Source of the DNA: Geosiphon pyriformis uo1
Taxonomy: Eukaryota; Fungi; Glomeromycota
Direction: 5' to 3'
Length of the DNA: 64,000 bases
Assembly: GCA_016748015.1 (NCBI GenBank)
Contig: JAAOMT010000134.1
Span: 1,246,757 to 1,310,756, forward strand
Position 1 is the first letter of the stretch. The number at the start of each line of letters is the position of its first letter. The notes below the pieces were generated by a model. That model did not search any database and was not told where the DNA came from. It saw only the letters and a program-made list of their open reading frames with translations. Both the position numbers and the translations under genes were made by a program. Of the stretch, positions 24,252 to 35,840 are shown in pieces.

Positions 24252-25509
24252 ATGGGCTTGAACAACTACTCTGCTTTAATAGAATTTTTGGGTAAAAGAC
24301 AATACCTGCCAGACTATACTTGACAGCAAAGAGAACATTTGTGCAAACAATCAAATTTCTATTTGATTTGCCAGAACCAGTTATATAAAAGAAATAGAAA
24401 AGATCCTGACTGCCCCCAGAGAGTCATTAGATTTGATGAAAGAGAAATTGTGATCTACAATATGCACACTGATCCATTAGCTGGACACTTTGGAAAAACA
24501 AAAACAATTCAAAAAACTTTAGCTTGCTATTATTGGCTGGCCTACCTTGGGAAAAGACATTGCTGAATACATCAAAACCTGTAATACCTGCCAAAGAAGA
24601 GGAAAACCCAATCGCAAGGAAGATATCCATCCAATTTCTGTTGGTCAACCATTTGATAGAATTGGTATAGATGTTGTTGGACCTTTAACAGTAACTCCTA
24701 ATGACAACAGATACATTATCACAGCTACTGACTATCTTACAAAGTGGGTAGAAGCAAGAGCCACCCCAGATCAAATAGCAGTCTCAATTGCCAATTTCAT
24801 TTATGAAGATATTATCTGTTACCACGGCTGCCCCAAAGAATTTTTATCTGATAGAGGAAGAGCTTTTCTCAGTACACTGGTTGAAAAACTTTGCAGAAAA
24901 ATGGGAATATGTCATAAACTCTCTTCTCCTTATCACCCCCAAACAAATGGCCTAGTGAAACGTTTCAATAAAACACTATGTGAAATCCTAGCCAAAACCA
25001 GTAAAGAAACCAACCTATGGGACAAAGTATTGCCTTCAGCTTTGTTTGCTTACAGAACTGTGAATCATAACATAACAAGTTATGAACCCTTTTATCTGCT
25101 CTATGGACAAATGGCAACTCTACCAATAGAAACAGATATAGAAACAATACCTTTTAAAGAAATAACAATAGGAGATTACAAAGACATTTTGCAAAGAAGA
25201 CTTGGTACTATTCTTGACTTATTGGTAGAAGCACGGATAATTGCCTTTAAAAAGATAAAACAGTTCCAAGAGAAGCTCAAAAAGAAAAAGACCTATAAAA
25301 CACTTTTCTTAAGTGTTGGTGACTTAGTTTTGGAATACCATTCAGACAGAGACAATGTCTATGGTAATAAATTCTTTAGCCAGTGGAAAGGACCCTTTAT
25401 AGTCAACAAAGTTTTGAACAATGGTTCTTATATCTTACAAGATCAATATGGAACAATATTCAGTGATCGCCCTGCTCATGGCACGCGACTCAAGAAATAT
25501 CACAAATGA
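24252..25509 (+). pseudogene. Integrase ORF of copy C (separate from RT-RNase H)
   Basis: HHCC zinc domain, GIDVVG / SDRG / YHPQTNG DDE core and GPF motif (WKGPF). No chromodomain. Frameshift near 24540. Confidence 0.92.
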
Positions 25510-26267
25510 CCTGATTGGTTACCTGTTGTGGTAATACCAACCCAAATGATCAGCAAAAATCAGATATAAATAAATGCACCATTCCCAAAACAGAGGTATC
25601 TTCAATCGACATGAACAATTATTTCCTGGATCAAAACATTCAAAATGCTTTCTATACTCTCCATGAGTATTGGATCAAGAACTATCCAAATGCTACTCTG
25701 ACTATCAGAAAACAAACCACTATAACAGACAACAGTAGAACTCACACTGTTATTAGACCAAAGAAAACAACTACCAAAAGAGAAAGAATTGGTAGCAAAA
25801 TGGATAAATACCTGCTGAAAAGCATAACAGTAATGATACTTTCACCTTCCAGCACAATTGGAAAAACAATACAAGAAATCTTGCCCATAGACAAAAACTT
25901 GTCATATAGAAGACAACTAGAACTCTATGGTCGTCTTGGTGAAATTATAGAAGACATGAAGCTTATGAAGAAAACAACTTCAGAGATACAAGTGGAAATT
26001 TTGGGCATTATACGATTAGATGTCCCAAGAGTTTTGACCATTGCTAGAAAAGCCAGAACTCTAATACAAAGATTTGGTCTCTTGGATACAAAGCTTATTT
26101 CGCCTCAAGTACTATATACTCTATCCACAAAAGACTTCAACAAACTAGTTAGTTTTGAGTTAGACAAAACCCTTCACATAGACTATCCCATAAATAGTTT
26201 GATTTCGCCAGAGCTCAATCTCTTTGAAGAGGATGATGTTATGGTTGAAACACATAGTTTTTATTAA
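25506..26267 (+). CDS. Extra ORF (~250 aa, unknown function) in the env position of copy C
   Basis: Open from 25515 to 26267, homologous in B, H, K and O. Runs through the PPT into the LTR. No obvious signal peptide or TM helix. Confidence 0.75.
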
Positions 26268-28819
26268 TTATCACATGTATTAGCTACTGATGTCATATAA
26301 TTAGCCATTCTATTTTTAGATAGTGATCATTGACTTAATCGTTGACCTGGTTGTTGACCACTTTAGATAGCTATATAAGCGATGATTCTCTTAGCTGTAG
26401 AAAGACATGATCAAAGTAACAAAATAAAACAATATCAATTACTTTCTCTCATAATTGCTTATTTCCCTTTTCTTACCTTTAAGTATCTACTTGTCAGCAT
26501 TCACATACCTTATCTTTTCCCTTTCTTGATTTGTATTTGTTAAAATTAGCCTGAGAAGCAATTGGCTTGCTCTTGTAATTCATTGAATAAAGAAATGATT
26601 GAAAAGTACAACGATACCTGTTATTGATTTTAAGAATTGCTAAGTTGAGGCATAGAATAATAGTAGCAGTGTTATCTTGTTGACAATCATGGACTATTCC
26701 TCTACCTTCAGATTTAAGAAAAGATTAGTGACTGTGATTTTTATAAGACTGATCATGCACATTGAATTCCTACTTATTCAATTCACTCCCTTATTGTAAT
26801 TTCTTCTTTGTTTATTTCTATCACCATACAATACTGTTCTCTCTTGCTATCCATTAGCTTGTTACTCCAACCCGTAACACTAGTACTACCTTTGCTACCT
26901 AATGTATTAAACATATCTAATTCATACATATTACCCATAATGCATACAAGTTCATGACTACTCTTAACAAGACTGCATCTACTTAGCCATCTGATCTGGA
27001 TTGGACTTGATATTAGAGGATTGAACCTCCCATAACTCCATCATTACATCAAATATATCATCATAGATTGAAAAATCTTTAGCATCACCATCATCATCAT
27101 TATCATCATCATTATCATCATCCATGTCTTCATCATCAGATATGTTATATTGTACCTTCCCACTCCTCAACTTGAGGGTCCCTACTTTCTTTTGCAGCAC
27201 AGAAGTCACAGCATGAACAGCCTTAATTTGGTTTCCCAATCCAATCACACTTTCCTTCATTGCCTCAGCCATAACTGGTGGAGTAGACAATAATGTAGTA
27301 ACCAATGCAACCAAAGAACCCATAGGCTCAACTATAGATTTGATCAACAAAGACAGTTTACTAAGTTGGGTTTCCAGAGAAGCCAATCTAGCATTAACAG
27401 CAACATCTGAACCAGAGGAGGCAACTGGCAACAGCGGCCCCACAACTTTGGGGGATGTACTGAAAGCCAGACCTGTATCAGCAACAGCAGCAACAGGAGG
27501 AACCACAGAGGTGACAGCTTTGGCATAGAATTTAGCTCCAACAAGGGATGACTTGAGAAAGATGGGACCACCAGCAGAATTAGAAGAGAGTTTGGGAGGG
27601 AGAGATGACAACACCTTGCAGTCCACAGCCAAATGATCTAAACTTTGACATCTATAGCAGTGACAACATCCAGGAGTTTCCCACCAGATGCGACAGCCAC
27701 GTAAGGTACCAGTTTTTGAAACAGCAGCATTTAAAGATTCCAAGAAATCAAAGGTCACTACAGCAAAGTATTGACATCGATAGGAATCAGGGGAGCAAGG
27801 AATGAAGCATGTATGGCCACCAACTTGGGAGACCAGATCACTTATCTCAAATGCAGTACAGCCAAATGGAAGATTAACCAGCTTAGCTTTGAAAGCATTT
27901 CTTGAGGAGATAACCTCCTTTTGGTTGGCAATAGGAAGAATCCCAACATTATCTTTTCTGACCAACACAGACCAGTTAGAGAGAGCAGCAGCAGCAGAAG
28001 AAATCTCCTTAAAGTTAACCACAGCATATTACCATAAGCCAGCAGGCTTCAACTTAACAGAAGTGACAACACCAAAAATGCCAAGAGCAGATTTGATGTC
28101 ATTAGAAGAGGTACCCAAGGGTACATCACGCAGTGCAACTGACAAAGAAGGGAAAGAAACAGAGGTTACTTCTGAAGACTGTGCAATCTTAAGAGTGGTC
28201 AAAAAAACCTCATCACCAATGGCTACTTTGGTAGCACCATTTAGACACTCCTGAGATGCAAATTCCACACAGAACAACTTGACAGCATCTTGTAAAACAG
28301 ATTTAAGCCCAATACAACCAGGCAGCAACTGAAACAAAGAACTGAGCAAAGCCATCTTGATCTTAAACGTAGTACCAGGTACAAGATTGGAGGCCACCCA
28401 ACCAGAGAACTTTTGATGTCCACTCACATTCACCCAAGCACCAGCATCAGATGCACCAGAAACTGGGGGGGGGGACAGTTGATTCCATTTCCATTTGATC
28501 AGCCCAATCTTTGAGATCATCTGGATTGATGGACTGTTTTGCTACTGGGATTGGCAATGATCTGCCAGAGAGTACCACATCAGGCAACACAGCCAGTGGT
28601 TGATCTTGGCCCATCTTGGAAGATGTGCTGCTGCTGTTGCCATACATATCAGGAATAGGGCTGGCTGCTGCTGCTGTGGAGATCTTACTGAAGATCTCAT
28701 CTGGAACCACAAAGGGGTTTGGTGTGACCATGACAGTTGTGACTGCCTGCTACTGTTTTTTGGAATTTTTGGCTTTCATGGCCATTTGTGAAGCAGTAGT
28801 AGTAGAAGTAATAGTGGGA

Positions 28820-31260
28820 AATTGCTGAATTTTTCTCTCCTAAATTTCATGACCATGAATAGAGCTAAGAGTAAAAAAGTTGCAAACATTACTTTTCTTA
28901 TAGTAACTAATAAAGTTTCAACACGAGAGGATTTTTCTGTTATTGAAGCAGCTAGACAAAATGTTCTGGCAACATTTCCTTTAAAAAATAATAGTAATAA
29001 GCTGCCTTTAGCGGCTTCTGGTTCATTTTCTTCTCCTTTGGCTGGAAGTTCTTTTCCAGTCAAAGTCCCTTCAAAAAGGCACACTCGGGTTAGTCTTAGT
29101 GTTGTCTCTACCACTTCAAAGAGTCCAAAAATTTTTAATAACAGACCAGTCAACAAGTTGGTCTTTCCTGCTCTCACCACTCCCACTACTACTTCTACTA
29201 CTACTGTTTCACAAATAGCCACAAAAGCAAAAAATCCCAAAAAACAGCAGCAGGCAGTCGCAACTGCCATGGTCACACCGAACCCCTTTGTGGTTCCAGA
29301 TGAGATCTTCAGTAAGATCTTCACAGCAGCAGCCAGCCCTATTCCTGATATGGATGGCAACAGCAGCAGCACATCTCCCAAGATGGGCCAAGATCAACCA
29401 CTGGCTGTATTGCTTGATGTGGTACTCTCTGGCAGATCATTGCCAATCCCAGTAGCAAAACAGTCCATCAATCCAGATGATCTCAAAGATTGGGCTGATC
29501 AGATGGAAATGGAATCAACTGTTCCCCCCCAGTTTCTGGTGCATCTGATGCTGGTGCTTGGGTGAATGTGAATGGTTGTTAGAGGTTCTCTGGTTGGGTG
29601 GTCTCCAATCTTGTACCTGGTGCTACATATAAGATTAAGATGGCTTTGCTCAGTTCTTTGTTTCAGTTGCTGCCTGGTTTTATTGGGCTTAAATCTGTTT
29701 TACAAGATGCTGTCAAGTTGTTTTGTGTGGAATTTGCATCTCAGAAGTGTCTAAATGGTGCTACCAAAGTGGCCATTGGTGATGAGGTTTTTTTGACCAC
29801 TCTTAAGATTGCATGATCTTCAGGAGTGGCCTCTGTTTCTTTCCCTTCTTTGTCAGTTGCACTGCACGATGTACCCTTGGGTGCTTTTTCTGATGACATT
29901 AAATCTGCTCTTGGCATTTTTGGTGTTGTCACTTCTGTTAAGTTGAAGCCTGCTGGCTTATGGCAATATGCTGTGGTTAACTTTAAGGACATTTCTTCTG
30001 CTGCTGCTGCTTTCTCTAACTGGTCTGTGTTGGTCAGAAAAGATAGTGTTAGGATTCTTCTCATTGCCAACCAAAAGAAGGTTATCTCCTTAAGAGATGC
30101 TTTCAAAGCTAAGCTGGTTAATCTTCCATTTGGCTGCACTGCATTTGAGATAAGTGATCTGGTCTCCCAAGTTGGTGGCTGTACATGTTTCATTCTCCGC
30201 TCCCCTGATTCCTATCAATGTCAATGCTTTGCTGTGGTGATCTTTGATTCCTTGGAATCTTTAAATGCTGTTGTTTCAAAAACTGGTACCTTACATGGCT
30301 GCCGCATCTGGTGAGAAACTTCTGGATGTCATTGCTGCTATAGATGTCAAAGTTTAGATTATTTGGCTGTGGACTGCAAGGTGTTGTTACCTCTCTCTTC
30401 CAAACTCTCTTCTAATTCTGCTGGTGGTCCCATCATTTTCAAGTCATCCCTTGTTGGAGCTAAATCCTATGCCAAAGCCACCACTTCTGTAGTTCCTCCT
30501 GTTGCTGCTGCTGCTGATATGGGTCTGGCTTTCAGTACATCCCCCAAAGTTGTGGTGCCACTGTTGCCAGTTGCCTTCTCTGGTTCAGATGTTACTGTTA
30601 ATACTAGGTTGGCTTCTCTGGAAACCCAACTTAATGAACTGTCTTTGTTGATCAAATCTATAGTTGAGCCTGTGGGTTCTTTGGTTGCATTGGTTACTAC
30701 GTTATTGTCTACTTCACCAGTTATGGCAGAGGCAATGAAAGAAAGTGTGATTGGATTGGAAAACCAAATTAAGGCTGTTCATGCTGTGACTTCTGTGCTG
30801 CAAAAGAAAGTGGGGGCCCTCAAGTTGAGGAGTGGGAAGGTACACTATAACATATCTGATGATGAAGACATGAATGATGATGATGATGATGATAATGATG
30901 ATGATGGTGATGCTAAAGATTTTTCAGTCTATGATGATATATTTGATGTAATGATGGAGTTATGGGAGGTTCAATCCTCTAATATCAAGTCCGATCCATA
31001 TCAGACTGCTAAGTGGATAAGCAGTCTTGTTAAGAGTAGTCATGAACTTGTATGCATTATGGGTAAAATGTATAAATTAGATATGTTTAATACATTAGGT
31101 AGCAAAGGTAGTACTAGCATGTAGTTAGGGCTTTCTGCTTGTGGTTAGCCGCATCTTGTAATATGTATTATTGGGTGAGCTGGCTTTATGAAACTGCCAC
31201 ATTACTGTGGAATAACTAATAAACGACCGGCATGGCTACACATTAACAAAAAAAAAAAAA
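28820..31260 (+). mobile_element. ORF1-only non-LTR element, copy E, full length, 16-bp TSD
   Basis: AGAAGTAATAGTGGGA at 28804-28819 and 31261-31276. ATG at 28849, stop at 31124, poly(A) at 31248-31260. Confidence 0.95.
28849..31124 (+). pseudogene. LINE ORF1-like protein (~750 aa): S/T/P-rich N-terminus, RRM-like repeats, CCHC knuckle, coiled-coil-like region, acidic tail
   Basis: VALHDVPLG..FGVVTSVKL..YAVVNF, KLVNLPFGCT..FAVVIF, CYRCQSLD(H>Y)LAVDC, poly-Asp. One frameshift and a few stops. Confidence 0.8.
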
Positions 31261-31634
31261 AGAAGTAATAGTGGGAGTGGTAAGAGCAGGAAAAACCAAC
31301 TTGTTGACTGGCCTGTTATTAAAAATCTTTGGGCTTTTTGAAGTAGTGGAGATAACACTGGGACTAACCCAAGTGTGTCTTTTTGAAAGAACTTTGACTG
31401 GAGAAGAACTACCAGCCAAAGATGAAGAAAATGAACCAGAAGCCGCTAAAGACAGCTTATTACTATTATTTTTTAAAGGAAATGTTGCCAGAATGTTTTG
31501 TCTAGCTGCTTCAATAACAGAGAGACCCTCTCGTGTTGAAACTTTATTAGTTACTATAAGAAAAGTAACATTTGCAACTTTTTTACTCTTAGCTCTATTC
31601 GTGGTCATAAAATTTAGGAGAGAAAGAGTTTTTT

Positions 31635-34201
31635 GCCTCTTATTATCACAAGTTTGTCAAGGATTTTTCCAAAATCACCGCTCCTCTCAATCAGCTACTT
31701 AGAAAAAACATCAATTATCACTGAGGCACTCATCAACAAAAAGCATTTGAAATTCTGAAGAAAAAACTGGTTACAGAACCCATCCTCATGCAACCTAATT
31801 TGGATCGACCTTTTATTCTCCATACTGATGCATCTGGCTATGGACTTGGTGCTGTTCTTTCCCAGAAAGACGAAGATAGCAGGGAACATGCTGTAGTATA
31901 TGCCAGTAGAACTCTCACACCAGCAGAAAAGAACTACTCAGTCACTGAGCAAGAATGCTTAGCAGTAGTTTGGGCTACCAGCTACTGGGACAAATATCTT
32001 AAGGGTGTGAAGTTTTTGGTGGTAACAGATCACCAAGCTTTGGTTTGGCTACACAACAAAAGAAACCTGGAACATAAACAGATAACTCGCTGAATACTCC
32101 ACTTGGATGAATTCAACTATGATATTCAACATCGCAAAGGAGCTAATCATCAAAACACTGATGCTCTCTCCAGACTTACCATCCAGTGACAGAACAACCC
32201 TCTCAAACCAAACCAACTTAATTATTAGTAATTCCCCTTTTTGACAAACACAATAATGGACTTGGACAATTACTCTGCCTTAATAAAATTTTTGGGTAAA
32301 AGACAATACCCGCCGAACTATATTCGACAGCAAAGAGAACATTTGTGCAAACAATCAAATTTCTATTTGATTTGTCAGAACCAACTTTATAAAAGAAATA
32401 GAAAAGATCCTGATCTACAATATGCACACTGATCCATTAGCTGGACACTTTGAAAAAACAAAAACAATTCAAAAAACTCTAGCTTGCTATTATTGGCCTA
32501 CCTTGGGAAAAGACATTGCTGAATACATCAAAACCTGTGATATCTGCCAAAAGAAGATATTCATCCAATCTCTGTTGGTCAACTCTTTGACAAAATTGGT
32601 ATAGATGTTGTTGGATCTTTAACAATAACTCCTGATGGCAACAGATACATTATTACAGCTACCAATTATCTTACAAAGTGAGTAGAAGCAAGAGCCACTC
32701 CAGACCAAACAGCAGTCACAATAGCCAATTTCATTTATGAAGATATCATTTGTCACCATGGCTGCCCCAAAGAACTTTTATCTGACAGAGGAAGAGCTTT
32801 TCTCAATACACTTGTTGAAGAACTTTGTAGAAAAATGGGAATATGTCATAAACTCTCTTCCCCTTATTACCCCCAAACAAATGGCCTAGTGGAACGTTTC
32901 AATAGAACACTATGTGAAACCCTAGCCAAAACCAGTGAAGAAACCAACCTATGGGACAAAGTATTGCCTTCAGCTTTGTTCACCTACAGAACTGTGAATC
33001 ATGACATAACAAGTTATAAACTCTTTTATCTGTTCTATGGATGAATGGCAACTCTACCAATAGAAACGGATATAGAAACAATACCTTTTGAAGAAATAAC
33101 AATAGGAGATTACAAGGACATTTTGCAAAGAAGACTTGGTACCATTCTTGACTCATTGGTAGAAGCACAGATAATTGCTTTTGAAAAGATAAAACAGTTC
33201 CAAGAGAAGCTCAAAAAGAAAAAGACCTATAAAACACTTTCCTTAAGTGTTGGTGACTTAGTTTTGGAATACTATTTAGACAGAGACAATGTCTATGGTG
33301 ATAAATTCTCCAGCCGCTGGAAAGGACCTTTTATAGTCAACAAAGTTTTGAACAATGGTTCATATATCCTACAAGATCAATATGGAACAATATTCAGTAA
33401 TTGCTCTGTTCATGGCACACAACTCAAGAAATATCACAAATGACCTAATTGGTTACCTGTTGTGGTAATACCAACTCAAATAATCAGCAAAAATCAGATA
33501 TAAATAAATACACTATTCCCAAAACAGAGGTATCTTCAATTGACATGAACAATTATTTCTTGGATCAAAACATTCAAAACACTTTCTATACTCTCCATGA
33601 GTACTGGATCAAGAACTATTCAAATACTACTCTGACTATTGGAAAACAAACCACCATAACAGACAACAGTGAAACTCACACTGTTATCAGACCAAAGAAA
33701 ACAACTACCAGAAGGGAAAAAATTGGTGGCAAAATGGATAAATACCTGCTGGAAAGCATAACAGCAGCGATACTTTCACCTTCTAGCACAATTGGAAAAA
33801 TGATACAAGAAATCTTGCCCATAGACAAAAACTTGTCATATGGAAGACAACTAAAACTTTATGGTTGTCTTGGTGAAATCATAGAAGACATGAAGCTCAT
33901 AAAGAAAACAACTTCAGAGATACAAGTGAAAATTTTGGGCATTATATGATTAGATGTCCCAAGAGTTTTGACCATTGCTAGAAGAGCCAGAACTCTTATA
34001 CAAAGATTTGGTCTCTTGGATACAAAACTTATTTCACCTCAAGTATTATATACCTTATTCACAAAAGACTTCAACAAACTAGTTAGTTTTGAGTTAGACA
34101 AAACCCTTCACATAGACTATCCCATAAATAGCTTGATTTCGCTGGAGCTCAATCTCTTTGGAGAGAATGATGTTATGGTTGAAACCCATACTTTTTATTA
34201 G
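31635..34201 (+). pseudogene. 3' part of copy B: RT end/RNase H (stop 32189), integrase (32256-33443), extra ORF (33440-34201)
   Basis: Collinear with copy C. Confidence 0.9.
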
Positions 34202-34788
34202 TTATCACATGTATTAGCCACTGATGTCATATAATTAGCCACCCTATTTTTAGATAGTGATTATTGACCACTTTAGATAACTATATAAGCAATGATTCCC
34301 TTAGCTGTAGAAAGACATGATCAAAGTAACAAAAAAAAACAATATCAATTACTTTCTCTCATATCGCTTATTTCTCTTTCCTTACCTTCAAGTATCTACT
34401 TGTTGGCATTTACATACCTTATCTTTTCCCCTTCTTGATTTGTATTTGTTAGAATTAGCCTGAGAAGCAATTGGCTTGCTCTTGTAATTCATTGAATAAA
34501 GAAATGATTGAAAAACACAATGATACCTGTTATTGATTCTAAGAATTGCTGAGTTGAGGCATAGAATAATAGCAGCAGTGTTATCTTGTTGACAATCACA
34601 GACTATTCCTCTACCTTCAGATTTAAGAAAAAATTAGTGACTGTGATTTTTATGAGACTGATCACACACATTGAATCCTTACTCATTTAATTCGCTCTCT
34701 TATTGTAATTCCCTCTTTGTTTATTTCCATCACCATACAATACTGTTCTCCCTTGCTATCTATTAGCTTGTTACTCCAACCCATAACA
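34171..34788 (+). repeat. 3' LTR of copy B (12-bp array absent)
   Basis: Preceded by the PPT ggagagaatga; 618 bp long. Confidence 0.95.
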
Positions 34789-35140
34789 GTATATAACACT
34801 TGAGGCGAAATGAGTTTTGTATTCAAGAGACAAATCTTTGTATTAGATTTTTGGCTCTTTTAGCAATAGTTAAAACTCTTGAGACATCTAACTGAATTGT
34901 TATGGTTGAAACTTATACTTCTTATTAATTATCACATGTATTAGCCACTCTATTTTTAGTAAGTGATCATTGACTTGATCATTGATCTAATTGTTGATTT
35001 GATCATTGACCACTTTTTACAGTTATATAAGTGATGAATTTCTAAGCTGTAGAAATGCATGAAGAAATCAAGGAAATAAATAAATAAAACAACAACTTTT
35101 ATCTCAATCATTCTCTTATCACTAATTTTCCTTTCTCTAC

Positions 35141-35819
35141 TGTTATGGGTTAGAGTAACAAGCTAACGGATAGCAAGAGAGAACAGGATTGTAGGGTGAT
35201 AGGAATAATCAAAGAGAATTCAACTTCAAAGAGTAAATTGAATAAGTATGGATTCAATGTGTAAGATCAGTTTTATAAAATATCTCAGTTGCTATTCTTT
35301 TCAAAGGTAACTGAGGAATCTGAAGGTAGAGGAATAGTCCATACTGTCAACAAATGATTACACTTGGTATAATTCTATGCCTCATATCAACACTCTTAGA
35401 ATTCAATATCAAGTATCAGATGTGCTCTTCAGTCACGTTTTATTCAATAATCTCCAAATGTTGCAATTACACAAGTCAGAAAAAGGGTAAGAAATAACCA
35501 ACAAGTAATCTTTTATCCCAAGATGTTCAGATACTTGAAGGTAGGGAAAGGGAAATTAGTGATAAGAGAATGATTGAGATAAAAGTTGTTATTTTATTTA
35601 TTTGATTTCCTTGATTTTTTACATGCTTTTCTACAGTTAAAAGATTCATCACTTATATAGCTATCAAAAGTGGTTAATGATCAGGTCAATGACTAGGTCA
35701 ATGATCAGGTCAATAATCAGGTCAATGATCACTTATTAAAAATAGAGTGGCTAATTTTTATGACATTAATGGCTAATACATGTGATAATTAATAAGAAGT
35801 ATAAGTTTCAACTGTAACA
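35141..35819 (-). repeat. Solo LTR inserted in reverse into the LTR of G, TSD CTAC
   Basis: CTAC at 35137-35140 and 35820-35823. Confidence 0.93.
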
Positions 35820-35840
35820 CTACCTTTAAGTATCTGAACA

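Larger units (their letters stand above)
19661..26879 (+). mobile_element. Gypsy copy C (5' LTR truncated at the adapter; internal region complete; 3' LTR 26237-26879)
   Basis: LTR end at 19890, PBS at 19897-19913, four ORF regions, PPT at 26226-26236. The right flank CTAG lies in the last codons of non-LTR copy D. Confidence 0.95.
26880..31634 (-). mobile_element. ORF1-only non-LTR element, copy D (split by copy E; 3' tail lost at the adapter junction)
   Basis: ATG at 31608; fragments 31243-31608, 28029-28731 and 26979-28022. Confidence 0.9.
15227..34788 (+). mobile_element. Gypsy copy B, both LTRs present, TSD GTAT; RT split by a ~12-kb nest
   Basis: GTAT at 15223-15226 and 34789-34792, with the flanking copy-O sequence continuous. 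RT stops at about 19641 (FLG) and resumes at about 31635 (ASYY). Confidence 0.9.

Noticed and set aside
25515-26267. Calling the extra ORF env
   Set aside because: No signal peptide, furin site followed by a fusion peptide, or TM anchor is visible.
31125-31247. Hammerhead or HDV ribozyme, or 5S/tRNA-derived sequence, in the non-LTR 3' tail
   Set aside because: No CTGATGA..GAAA core, HDV topology or pol III boxes could be identified by eye.
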